From the IMG/VR virus record IMGVR_UViG_3300042898_006229: a stretch of DNA of 64,000 bases, one strand, 5' to 3'. Within the stretch, counting starts at the first letter, position 1; each line of letters opens with the position of its first letter. This document shows positions 20,926 to 31,400 of the stretch, piece by piece. The translations under genes and the position numbers were made by a program. The notes beneath the pieces were generated by a model, which saw nothing but the letters and a program-made list of their open reading frames with translations, did no database searches and was not told the origin of the DNA. Source of the DNA: an uncultured virus (IMG/VR IMGVR_UViG_3300042898_006229) (lineage: Duplodnaviria > Heunggongvirae > Uroviricota > Caudoviricetes).

Positions 20926-21243
20926 TTACCACCTGTAATCTTTCACTTCAAAAAAACTTTTGAAAGTGGAATTGATAGTGCCTGATGCTTTCCAAGAATA
21001 TTTATAAGATCCTATTCTTGAAGGAGTCCATTCTTTAAAATAAATACCTACTGTATCTGTAGATTGCACAGGTTGAGAATTACCACTACCTGATCCAATA
21101 CCATAATAGTAAGTATATCCAATTCCACCAGGTTCTGTGATATAAAATGTCAAACTGTCTGCAGAAATTCCAGTACCACTTTCATTCTTGAGATGAGCGT
21201 AGATTTTAAGTGTAGTTCCTGATAAATATTCATTGTTGAGCAT
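20926..21243 (-). CDS. Small Ig-like structural protein
   Basis: GIY..EWTP...G.Y.Y.W...G pattern of phage Ig-like domains. Confidence 0.55.
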   Translation of the reverse strand: MLNNEYLSGTTLKIYAHLKNESGTGISADSLTFYITEPGGIGYTYYYGIGSGSGNSQPVQSTDTVGIYFKEWTPSRIGSYKYSWKASGTINSTFKSFFEVKDYRW

Positions 21244-21256
21244 ATCAATATTCCAT

Positions 21257-22087
21257 TTAATAATTATTTTTAGTTGAGTTATAATGCGATAAGATTTGAC
21301 TTGTAGTTAAAATTCCACTCGAAATAATAACTTCAGAAACTTTCCCATTTAAATATCTTGGGTAAGCATAAGTGGTGAAATCACTTCTTCCAATTTCTGT
21401 ATGTAATGTCGGTGTGTAAATTGAAGAGATTGGTCCAGAATATCTTAAGATACCATCAACATATAAATCATTGGAAGTATCACTCTTTATATTAAGAGAA
21501 AGATGATTCCAGGTATTTGAAGATAATGCAATTCCAGAGTTGTACCATCTTACATTTCCGTATCTGATGTAAACATTTCCAGATGTTACATACTCTTTAT
21601 TGATTGCTATGCCATATCCATTGAGGTTTTGTTCACTACCTACATAAACAATCATTTGCCCAGATTGAGATACTATTGACGAATTAACCCAGGTTGTTAT
21701 GTTTACATCATTTGTATTTGAGGTTACTGTAGTATTTATTCCAACATAATTGTTTGTTCCATCAAAGAATAAATAATCAGCATTTCCACTGTTTACATAA
21801 TTGGTTCCATTATAAAGATATCCGTTATTGCCATATGTGCTTAAATCAAAAATAGTAAAGCCAGTGCCAGGATAAGAAGAAGAATTGGGAACGGAGAAAT
21901 ACAATACAGTTGAACCAGACCCAGCACCAGTTCCACCAGTGCCTCCCGTACCCCCTGTACCTCCCGTACCACCTGTTCCGCCTGTACCTCCAGTTCCGCC
22001 TGAAGAAGACGCTACAAAAGCATTGATATAACTTTCTTCAAAAACGTATGCTCTGTTAATCCAGGATTTAATTGTTGCGTTGTTCAT
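21257..22087 (-). CDS. LamG/concanavalin-like domain protein with (GGT)n linker
   Basis: DLS..GNNG.L.NG, FDGTN.Y, W.H, LYVDG, IG.....LNG.V.E..I...LT..QI..HYN. Confidence 0.8.
   Translation of the reverse strand: MNNATIKSWINRAYVFEESYINAFVASSSGGTGGTGGTGGTGGTGGTGGTGGTGAGSGSTVLYFSVPNSSSYPGTGFTIFDLSTYGNNGYLYNGTNYVNSGNADYLFFDGTNNYVGINTTVTSNTNDVNITTWVNSSIVSQSGQMIVYVGSEQNLNGYGIAINKEYVTSGNVYIRYGNVRWYNSGIALSSNTWNHLSLNIKSDTSNDLYVDGILRYSGPISSIYTPTLHTEIGRSDFTTYAYPRYLNGKVSEVIISSGILTTSQILSHYNSTKNNY
21927..22000 (-). repeat. Gly-Gly-Thr tandem repeat (about 8 copies)
   Basis: GGTGGTGGT... encoded with varied synonymous codons. Confidence 0.9.
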
Positions 22088-22156
22088 AGTGTGATCTCAA
22101 TTGTTAAAATTCCCATTTTCAGACCACTTTTACCTATAAAAAAAGCTCTAGAAAAT

Positions 22157-22543
22157 CTAGAGCTTAAAGATTCTGTTTGAAGTATTACTCCATTGAAGAG
22201 TAATATTTCCTCCGTTAGGAACTACTGGTAAATTTGATGATGTGTCAAAATACGCAATTAGTTTTTTAGAAGTATCGTGAAAAATTATGTATTGAGTAAC
22301 TGTAGTTCCAGCAACACCAGCTATTGTCAAATCGTTTGCATCTGCTACGCCTTTACCAGGAGTTATGGTGGTCATAACTCCTGATATAGCTACAGTTCCT
22401 CCAACGCTTGATGTAGTAACGTGATTGATTAGATCAACAGTGTATTGATTTGAAAGCAAAATTATTTTAAAAGAATCTGCTGACCAATTAAATTCACCAT
22501 TTAAGAAACCATCTCTGCCACTATCAAACAATGCGTTAGCCAT
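22157..22543 (-). CDS. Conserved small phage structural protein
   Basis: MANALF..GR..FL.G..W..D.FK..L ... DA.D.T ... LIAYFD...LPV.PNGGNIT.QW....IF.L, a pattern typical of phage tail-region proteins. Confidence 0.7.
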   Translation of the reverse strand: MANALFDSGRDGFLNGEFNWSADSFKIILLSNQYTVDLINHVTTSSVGGTVAISGVMTTITPGKGVADANDLTIAGVAGTTVTQYIIFHDTSKKLIAYFDTSSNLPVVPNGGNITLQWSNTSNRIFKL

Positions 22544-22555
22544 AATTTACACCTA

Positions 22556-25075
22556 TTATTCTGTAAATTCTTCTTCTGACTCTGATTCGCCTACATAAGG
22601 AACAACCACTGCAGTTTGTACCAGATCATTGTCATCCAAAGCAACAATTGTAGTGGCTTGAGTTGCCTTGGATTTGTTGCGTAAACTATCCAAATTACAA
22701 CGCATCATCTTACCCTTGTTGGTCAGAACCAAGATGTCATCACTATCATTCAACGCAAGAGCTGAAACAATCTTTCCCGTAGTCTCACGCTTATGATGAT
22801 TGATTGTTCTTTGACCCTTTACAGAACGCCCAGCAGTAGAACGATATTCTGAAGCTGATGTCTTTTTACCCTTACCTGATTCTGTGATAACTAGAATTGA
22901 AGGATCTGCCTCTGCATCAATAGCAAGCATAGCAGCAATACTGTCATCTGCGGAAAGAAGCATTGAACGGCTACCTTGACCATTTTTACCAATACAACGA
23001 ACTAAAGTTTCATTGTATCTAACAGCCATACCCATAGACGTTACAAGCATAACATCCTTATTTCCGTCAGTGGTCATAACAAAGTTCAAGTTATCACCTT
23101 CAGTAAGAGAAATTGCCTTCAATCCACGTTTACGCAAGCTAGTATTGTACTCACGGATTTCAGAGCGCTTAATCAAACCCTTGTTGGTAACCATAATGAA
23201 ATAACCATCAACATCCAGCGACTTAAGTGTAATTGTTGAAGAAACAGTTTCACCTTCAGTCAAATTCAGGAGATTGTTAAGGTGTGTACCCTTTGAAGTA
23301 CGAGATGCAAGAGGAATTTCGTAACCCTTCTTCTTTAACAAATTACCTTGATTTGTAAAGAACAAGAATAGGTCGTGAGTGGTTCCACTGAAGATATCAG
23401 AAGCTTCATCTTCTTCACGGCTTTTCACTCCCATAACACCCTTACCACCACGATTCTGAGTTCTAAAGGTATCAAGAGGAACACGCTTGATATATCCATC
23501 TTTTGTGAGGGATACAATGATTTCTTCTTCTTGAATCAAATCTTCATAAGAAATTTCATCTTCAAGAGCAAGGATTTCAGAGCGTCGATCATCTCCAAAC
23601 TTTTCAGCAAGTTCAAGCTGTTCTTTAGAAATAAGACCAAGCATTTTCTTTTCTGAAGCCAATTGAGCAGCCAACCATTCATTGCGCTTGGTCAGCTTGT
23701 CAAACTCATCTTGCAAAGCACGAGTATCAAGTTTGGTAAGATTCCCAAGAGTAATTCTTAATACTGCATCAGCTTGTTCTTGTGATGTAACAAACTCTTG
23801 AGCAATAAGTTCTCTTGCTGCCTCTTCTTTGTTGTCTGCATTACGAACAAGCTTAATAACTGCATCAATCTTGTCTGTGATTCCAAGAAGACCTTCAAGA
23901 ATATGAATACGTGAGCTATTCTTCAAGTGTTCAGCAGTAAATTTATTTGTTAGAACTTCTTTACGATGATCTACAAATGCCTTTACCAGTTGAAGAATAG
24001 ATACATTTTCAACAACTTTCTTGCCATCCATAAGAACAGTTGAATTTACAGAGAAACTTGTTCTAAGAGATGTACGTTTAAGAAGTTGATTTAAGATAAC
24101 TTGCGAACTTGCACTTTTATGAAGCCAGATACGGACATCCATACCCTTCTTGCTTGTAAGATTCTTGAGGCCAGTGATACCCTCAATTTTCTTACTCTCA
24201 ACAAGGTCTTTAATCTCACGACAAAAGCTTTCAGCACTGCTACCATAAGGCAATTCACTCACCTTGATAATTTCCTGATTTCGCTCTTGAACAATATCGT
24301 AATATCCTTCAAGCTGAACAGTGCCACGTCCATTTGTAAAATATGAACGAATGCCATCCAAACCTAAAACCTTACAGCGAATTGGAAAGTCAGGACCAGG
24401 AACAATTTGTAGTGCTTCTTCAGTAGAAATATCTGGGTTCTTAATATAAGCATCAACTAGCTTAGCAACTTCACGTAAATTGTGAGGTGCCATATTTGTT
24501 GCCCATCCAACTGCAATACCACTACACCCATTAACAATCAAGTTAGGGAAGAGCGATGGAAGAACAGTTGGTTCCATCATTTCATCATTGTAGTTTGATT
24601 GATAACGAACTACCTGGTCAGATAATTCGTTTACCATCAAATCACCAAATGAAGACAGCTTTGCCTCTGTATATCGCATTGCAGCTGGTTTATCTTCAGG
24701 TGCAGGAGAACCAAAGTTACCCTGTGGAGAGATAAGTGGATAACGCAATGACCAAGTTTGTGCCATACGAACAAGAGTAGGATAAACCACTGCTTCTCCG
24801 TGTGGGTGGTAATTTCCAGAGACATCACCACAAATCTTTGCACACTTCTTAGTTTTGCCTGATGCACGGAGTTTAAGATCATCCATTGCAACAAGAGTAC
24901 GACGCTGTGATGGCTTTAGGCCATCACGAGCATCTGGCAATGCACGATCTTCCATAACTGCAAAAGCATAGTTAGTAAATCGTTCATCAATAAGATCAAC
25001 AAAATTTCTCTCAAGAATTGTATCCGTCAAGAGTGATGCTTCCACATCACTCTTGACTCTAAGATTCTTTGCCAT
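22556..25075 (-). CDS. gyrA: DNA gyrase subunit A
   Basis: RALPDARDGLKP, YHPHG, AAMRYTE (catalytic Tyr), GIAVG.ATN, GyrA-box QNRGGKG, and C-terminal pinwheel repeats. Confidence 0.97.
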   Translation of the reverse strand: MAKNLRVKSDVEASLLTDTILERNFVDLIDERFTNYAFAVMEDRALPDARDGLKPSQRRTLVAMDDLKLRASGKTKKCAKICGDVSGNYHPHGEAVVYPTLVRMAQTWSLRYPLISPQGNFGSPAPEDKPAAMRYTEAKLSSFGDLMVNELSDQVVRYQSNYNDEMMEPTVLPSLFPNLIVNGCSGIAVGWATNMAPHNLREVAKLVDAYIKNPDISTEEALQIVPGPDFPIRCKVLGLDGIRSYFTNGRGTVQLEGYYDIVQERNQEIIKVSELPYGSSAESFCREIKDLVESKKIEGITGLKNLTSKKGMDVRIWLHKSASSQVILNQLLKRTSLRTSFSVNSTVLMDGKKVVENVSILQLVKAFVDHRKEVLTNKFTAEHLKNSSRIHILEGLLGITDKIDAVIKLVRNADNKEEAARELIAQEFVTSQEQADAVLRITLGNLTKLDTRALQDEFDKLTKRNEWLAAQLASEKKMLGLISKEQLELAEKFGDDRRSEILALEDEISYEDLIQEEEIIVSLTKDGYIKRVPLDTFRTQNRGGKGVMGVKSREEDEASDIFSGTTHDLFLFFTNQGNLLKKKGYEIPLASRTSKGTHLNNLLNLTEGETVSSTITLKSLDVDGYFIMVTNKGLIKRSEIREYNTSLRKRGLKAISLTEGDNLNFVMTTDGNKDVMLVTSMGMAVRYNETLVRCIGKNGQGSRSMLLSADDSIAAMLAIDAEADPSILVITESGKGKKTSASEYRSTAGRSVKGQRTINHHKRETTGKIVSALALNDSDDILVLTNKGKMMRCNLDSLRNKSKATQATTIVALDDNDLVQTAVVVPYVGESESEEEFTE

Positions 25076-27201
25076 TAGTTTACAACTTCCTTACTACGTT
25101 CAAAAGACTTCTTAATAATATGAGCCTTACGTGGACCTACTTCATTACCCATTAAAACACTGAGCATATTTGAAGCTTCTTCTGCATCTTCAACACCAAT
25201 TTTGATTATTTGACGTGTGCCAATTTCCATAGTTGTGTGTCCAAGTTCATCAGCATCCATTTCACCCAATCCCTTGAATCGTGTCACATCTATTTTATCA
25301 CCATACTTGGCACGATAAGAATTAAGCTCTTCTTCAGTATGGATATAATTGTGGACATTCTTTACAGTTACACGATAAAGAGGAGGCTTTGCAAGATATA
25401 AATGACCTTTTAAAACCAAAGGACGCATAAAGCGATAGAAGAATGTCATCAAAAGAGCAGCAATATGAGCTCCATCATCATCAGCATCAGTCATGATGAT
25501 AATCTTGCCATATCGCAAATCTTCAATCTTGAAATCATCACGAATTCCAGTACCAATAGCTGAAATGAGTGCAGAAACTTCTTCATTTGCAAGAAGTTTA
25601 GCAAGCTCATTCTTTTCTGGATTGATGATTTTTCCACGGATAGGAAGAATAGCTTGAGTGATGGGATTTCGGCCACCCTTTGAAGATCCAGCAGCAGAAT
25701 CACCCTCAACCAAGAATAATTCAGAAATAGCTACATCTTCAGTATCACAGTCAGACAACTTACCTGGTAGTGAACCTGATTTACCAAGAAAACCTTGGCG
25801 CTTGATAGATTCAGAAGCTTTCTTTGCTGCAGCCCTGGCACGAGCAGCACGTAAGGCACGTTCAGCAATCATCTTAAGAATTGATGGATTTTTCTCAAAG
25901 TATTCAGTAAGAGCTTCAGAGAAAAGTCTATTTACAACGCCTTCAACTTCAGGAGAACCAAGTTTGCCCTTGGTTTGTCCTTCAAATTGAGGTTGTGGAA
26001 GACGAACTGAAATGATAGCAACGATACCTTCACGGATATCTTCGCCAGTCAAATTTGGTTCTTTTTCTTTGATGACACCTAATGAACGAGAGAACTGATT
26101 TACTACTCTTGTAATAGATGTTTTGAAGCCACTAAGGTGAGTACCACCATCAGCAGTATTGATGTTATTTGCAAAGGCATAAATTGTTTCATCATCATCT
26201 TCAGCATATTGAAATGAAACTTGAACATTTACCTTTCCTGATTTGTTTTCAAAGTAAAATGGTTTTGAAGGATATGGACTTGAACGAGTAGATGCAAGAT
26301 AACTTACGTAATCAGCAATTCCACCTTCAAAGTAAAATTCTTCTTTTGTACCTGTATGCTCATTCTTATAGACAATCTTTAGACCGCCATTAAGATAAGC
26401 AGTTTCTTTCAAACGACGAATTATAATTGTCTCATCAAATTGAATATTGTCGTTTGATCTTTTGTTCCAAATCTTATAAATCACATCCAAAAGTTGTTCA
26501 TTTAATTTAGTTGATTTAAAAACTTCAAAGAATGTTACACCATTGACCGGGCCATTGATCAAAGCTTTGCGCCATTTACCAGAACATTCAGCAAACACTT
26601 CGTCAATTTCAAAATCATCAACAAGACACTCACGAAACGCATCTTCAACAGCAAACTGACCAAAAATATTATAGTCAGGGCTGAAAGAAATTTTTGTGCC
26701 AGTAGAATTTGATGTTCCTATTTCTTTAACAGAAGAAACTGGAATACCACGCTCAAAAGATAATTGATATTTTTTCTTGTCTCGATATACTTCAACATCA
26801 AGATTAAGTGACAAGAAGTTTACACAGGAAGCACCAACACCGTGAAGACCACCAGATGCTTCGTATCCAGATCCATCATCACCAAACTTACCACCAGCGT
26901 GAAGTTCAGTAAGTACAATTTCAAGCGTAGAGCGTTTTTTAGGATCTTCTTGCTTAACTGCTACAGGAATGCCACGGCCATTATCAATTACAGTAAGAGT
27001 ACGATTGTCTTTTGAAACAATTACATCAATTTTGGAACAATGGCCAGCCATATGCTCATCGACAGAGTTGTCCAAAATTTCCCAAACAAGGTGGTGAAGT
27101 CCTTTTTTACCAGTATCACCGATATACATAGCAGGACGTGTACGTACTGCTTCCTGGCTCTCCAAAATCTGAATGGAGTTTTCGTTGTATTGATTTGCCA
27201 T
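25075..27201 (-). CDS. gyrB: DNA gyrase subunit B
   Basis: VR.RPAMYIG, EILDNSVDE, DNGRGIP, LHAGGKF, GLHGVG, VEGDSA, P.RGK, MTDADDDG, RFKGLGEM. Start ATG 27201 chosen for SD GAAGGA. TAATG overlap with gyrA. Confidence 0.97.
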   Translation of the reverse strand: MANQYNENSIQILESQEAVRTRPAMYIGDTGKKGLHHLVWEILDNSVDEHMAGHCSKIDVIVSKDNRTLTVIDNGRGIPVAVKQEDPKKRSTLEIVLTELHAGGKFGDDGSGYEASGGLHGVGASCVNFLSLNLDVEVYRDKKKYQLSFERGIPVSSVKEIGTSNSTGTKISFSPDYNIFGQFAVEDAFRECLVDDFEIDEVFAECSGKWRKALINGPVNGVTFFEVFKSTKLNEQLLDVIYKIWNKRSNDNIQFDETIIIRRLKETAYLNGGLKIVYKNEHTGTKEEFYFEGGIADYVSYLASTRSSPYPSKPFYFENKSGKVNVQVSFQYAEDDDETIYAFANNINTADGGTHLSGFKTSITRVVNQFSRSLGVIKEKEPNLTGEDIREGIVAIISVRLPQPQFEGQTKGKLGSPEVEGVVNRLFSEALTEYFEKNPSILKMIAERALRAARARAAAKKASESIKRQGFLGKSGSLPGKLSDCDTEDVAISELFLVEGDSAAGSSKGGRNPITQAILPIRGKIINPEKNELAKLLANEEVSALISAIGTGIRDDFKIEDLRYGKIIIMTDADDDGAHIAALLMTFFYRFMRPLVLKGHLYLAKPPLYRVTVKNVHNYIHTEEELNSYRAKYGDKIDVTRFKGLGEMDADELGHTTMEIGTRQIIKIGVEDAEEASNMLSVLMGNEVGPRKAHIIKKSFERSKEVVN

Positions 27202-27234
27202 TTGCTTTCCTTCGTTTATTTCGAGTACAGGCAT

Positions 27235-27271
27235 AAAAAAATGCTGTGATTTACATTACCACAGCATTATA
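27235..27271 (-). promoter_or_regulatory. TATAAT box overlapping a hairpin plus U-tract upstream of gyrB
   Basis: Minus strand reads GGTATAATGCTGTG-GTAATGTAAAT-CACAGCATTTTTT. Could be a terminator of the upstream gene and/or the gyrB promoter. Confidence 0.5.
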
Positions 27272-27298
27272 CCTAAATCAAGCAAATTTGGCTATTTC

Positions 27299-27874
27299 TT
27301 ACAATATACGATCCGCTACACTATACATACCAAATAAATCCAAATTTTGGGCTAATTTGACCATAATATCAAGTTTTCTTGATGCCATACCTGGCATTCC
27401 TCCGCCAGCTGCACCACCTGCTTGTTCTTTACTTTTGTTTTTAGCAAATCCGAAAGATAAAAATTTTACAGCATTAGCAAAATCATCAAGAGTTATTTCT
27501 AAATCTAGTAAATTTTGACCCACAGGTAATCTTTCCCATCTGGTTTTGTCAGTATTTTTGATTTCTTCATCAGTGGCTTCTTCAGTGTCATTTCTTTTGC
27601 CACGTTTTTCTTCATCAACGTTGCCATCTTCTTCGCCACCATACTGTAGCCAAATTTTATTAGCTATATCTTGCCCACCATCTTCGAGTTGCTCCATAAT
27701 TTTAAGTTCTATTCCAGCATCCGCCAAAATTAAACCCAAATTAGATAATGGTATTTTTATTTGTTTTTGGCTACTTGCTGGTGGAGCAGCTGGCATAGCC
27801 ATAGGAGCAGCTGGCATTCCCATTCCCATCATAGGATCCATAGGTGGCATTTGAGCTAATTTCAAGTATTTCAT
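27299..27874 (-). CDS. Hypothetical protein (putative head/internal protein with KLAQ tags)
   Basis: Met/Pro-rich N-terminus after MKYLKLAQ. C-terminus VKLAQNLDLFGMYSVADRIL. Confidence 0.75.
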   Translation of the reverse strand: MKYLKLAQMPPMDPMMGMGMPAAPMAMPAAPPASSQKQIKIPLSNLGLILADAGIELKIMEQLEDGGQDIANKIWLQYGGEEDGNVDEEKRGKRNDTEEATDEEIKNTDKTRWERLPVGQNLLDLEITLDDFANAVKFLSFGFAKNKSKEQAGGAAGGGMPGMASRKLDIMVKLAQNLDLFGMYSVADRIL

Positions 27875-27875
27875 A

Positions 27876-28352
27876 TTATCTTATTGGAGCTGAAATAAAA
27901 TCTGAACGATGTCTACCTCTTCCTGGTGTGTCGAAGGCTTCTGTAGTTTGTTGTGCATTTTCTAATTTAGTTTCAGAATCTGGTTCATCATCTTCTTCAA
28001 ATGAAAATGTATCTTCAATAACATCAGGATTTAATATATCCATTTGGCCCCAACTTGGTTTAGTTGTATTTGCTACTCTTCTAATTAATTGTGAATGAGA
28101 AAGCCCTCTAGCATCAAAAATCTCATCCTCTTCACTATCAAAGGTAGATAAGGTGGACATAGCAACTAAAATTGCATCAGTCATTTGAGATTCTACAACT
28201 CTACCCTCAGCCTTTGCAAAACGTCTTGCAGTAAATTTTTTAGAAATAGTTGCAGAAGCTAAAGCAATAATTTTTGCTTGTTCTTCGTGTGAGTGAACAT
28301 CTGGTGCAATATCTTCTAAAAGTGTATGTAACTGTGACTCTAAATTTTGCAT
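27876..28352 (-). CDS. Acidic hypothetical protein
   Basis: 158-aa ORF abutting the next gene, with an AGAGAG SD-like sequence. Confidence 0.75.
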   Translation of the reverse strand: MQNLESQLHTLLEDIAPDVHSHEEQAKIIALASATISKKFTARRFAKAEGRVVESQMTDAILVAMSTLSTFDSEEDEIFDARGLSHSQLIRRVANTTKPSWGQMDILNPDVIEDTFSFEEDDEPDSETKLENAQQTTEAFDTPGRGRHRSDFISAPIR

Positions 28353-28415
28353 ATTTTATCTCTCTTGATAAATTGTTAATACTATATTTTTAAATAGCGG
28401 AGGGTTATACCTTTA

Positions 28416-31400
28416 CTAATCTTTTGCTATAACGTATTCTACTTTGAATTTCATATTTCTTACCTGCCCATTGGAGGTAATATTATTAGTAGAAAGTACA
28501 GTAGAACTAGGTGTTTTTACAGCAATGCCAAAACTTTTACTTTTAGCTGTTTGATCTATGCCCAATTTAGCACCACCTAGAAAAACAGAATTCTCGTAGC
28601 CAGAAAGTAATGATTGCCAAGTTTCAGGTGAAGAATTATATATTTGGAAATTTGCTGTATCGATCCAATCTACATTATCAGTACCCAAAATATAAGCTGT
28701 AGTTTGGGCATTAGTTATAGTTCTTGGAGTTGGTAATTTTATTCTGAAATTCTTATCAGCATTTGTTGTTCCATAGCCAACCTGTATTGAAAGCTGTGGT
28801 AATAATTCACTATTTACATCTAAATCTGTAGATCTTGTCCAAACATTTGAAGATCCAATTGAAGAAACGACATAAACACCATTTGTAGTTTTGTCTGTTT
28901 GATTCTTTACTAAAATTCTGTCATATTTTTGCAATATAACATCATCAATTTTGCTTGGTGGATTAGTCAAAGAAATTTCTGAAACAGTAGCAACCTTAGC
29001 GTTAGTTAGATATGGATTTGTATTTACTTTAGCCCAAAATATATTTGTTGAATCTATAGCTGGTGTTAAACTTTCATCATACACTAGTGCATAAATTCCA
29101 CTATTTGCAGTTCCACTTAAAACGTTTACTCTTTGATTGACTGATATTTCAGAAGAACTATCTAAAGCTTCGTGTCTATTTAAATAATTTGTAATTAATT
29201 CATCTATTGAATAAATTCCATTTTGAGTTTGGTTAGATTGATTTTTGACTAACAATCTATCGCTTTTTTGTGAGCTTGGTATATTCAGATTAGAATTTAA
29301 TGTTAAGTTTGTCGTGCTTGCAAATGAACAGTTTGTGAAATTCGAAATCAATCCTTGTTGGAACCATTGGATCGAATCTGAACCAACTGAAGTATTAGAA
29401 GGATTATAATATAATTCATAATTCAAATTTCTATTAGCATCATTGACGAATAAGCTAGCAATTTGAAATTCTGTTGTAGATGAACCATTACCAACTCTTA
29501 TCAAGTTTGGCTGAACAGTTTTGTTAATTCTTGCGACAATATTTTCAGAGCTTGTTGATTGAGCAATGAATAAAATTTTATCATTTTGAGTTGTTGCAAT
29601 TCCGTTTATATTATCTGGTAAAGCATTTAAGTTGGAGAAATTAGTATGTCCAACACCAACAACATCAATTGTATATTCTGCACCAATGCTTTTCCAAAAC
29701 AATGGTGTATTTAAGGCAGAGGCACCTAAATTATAAGCAGCAGAATCTTCAGGGAGATTTAATTCATATGTTCTATTATTGAAGACTACTCTTCCTAATT
29801 CATACAATTCATTCGTAGCATCAAGATCTGATGCTCTTGTTAATACAAATTTGTTATTTAATACAGCAGTATATATTCCATTAATAGTGCTATCTGCTTG
29901 AGATTTTATCAAAATAGTGTCGCCAGCTGAGATAGTATAACCATCCAACATAGCAGTACTTCCAGTTCCATAAGGAGCTGACATAGGCCCTATAACAGGT
30001 ATATAAGTTATATCACCAAAATCAGGAATATTACCAGTATTTCCAGCTGCTGCAGAAAAAGTGGTTCTTGTGCTTACATCAATCCAAGATCTTGATGACG
30101 TGCTAATATTAGTGCTGGCTGGATCAAAATACAAACTAAAAGTTCCAAAGCCAGCTGAATTTGAAAGTCTTACAGTGGTTGGATACAAAGAAGATCCAAA
30201 TGCTGAACTATAGTTCAAGGTTACTTCTTGTATTTCAGATCTTTTGAAAGTATATAATTTTTGATCTCTTTTTCCAGATTTATTATGTGTGACCAATCTG
30301 TTAATATCATCATAATAAGAAGTGGTAAATGAAGAATTTAAAGTAGTGTCAGAATAATCTGAACTTGTTTTATTTTTCAAAACAAGAACGTTTATGTCAA
30401 AGGATAAGCCTAACCCAGAATACCAAGAAGTTAAGGCAAATCCTGAGGGTTGATAGGCTTTATCTAGATAGACATCTCCAGAAAATAGACCTATAGTATT
30501 TAGAGATACTGGATCTACAAAACTTCCACTAAATGTAGAGCTATTTGCAACTCCAGTTTGAACATAAAAACCATCTTGTGAAAGTCTACTAGTAAAGAAA
30601 TAATCTGTAGTAGAATCATTTTCTACAATAACATTAGCATTTGAAGAATAATTCTTGCTTGAATCAAAAGTTGACAACCAAGAACTTCTATCCCTGTTGT
30701 ATTTTATTTCAGTAGTAGTTGCTGTTCCAATGATGTTTACGATTTGGAAATTTTCAGTATCTACAGTCCAAGTTGAAGACAATTTAGCATCTGGGGATAA
30801 AATAAATGCTTTATCCTTGAGTACTTGAGGAATATAATGATATCTATTAAGTGTTTGCTTTGGCTCTTGATTATATTTTGGAACATTAGAATCTTTGTAT
30901 AGATAGGCATAAAGAGTTCCAGTCCAACCAGATCCCGAAATATTCAAACTACCAGAAGATGCATCAACAGTGTAATCCGTACTGTATGTTTTATTTATTA
31001 CAGTTCCGCCAGTAGAAACTACATAAACATCCAGCAAAGAATCAGCATAATTGGAAGTAGACCAAGTGAACACAGAAGTTGATGATTCTGGTCTTGCTAA
31101 ATAAATTGTATTTCCAGCTGATGAAGAATGGCTTACTAATCTTTTAGCATAATCTAAATGACCATTTACAGAATTGTATTTTACTTTTCTTAAATAATAA
31201 TTGTAGTTAGTGTCAATGTAAACAATTTGATATATTCCACTTGTTGATTTTCTTACAGTTGAATTGTAAACATCTTCATTTGATGAATAATAGAAAACTC
31301 TATCATTTATCTCGTACGGATATTGAACAGCATCTCCCGATCTATTGCTAAATAGCTGAACACCATTTCTTCTAACAGTTAATATATCTTGATTTATTGT

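Noticed and set aside
26449..26661. GyrB insertion as an intein or intron
   Set aside because: No splice-junction residues or endonuclease motifs, and the frame is open.
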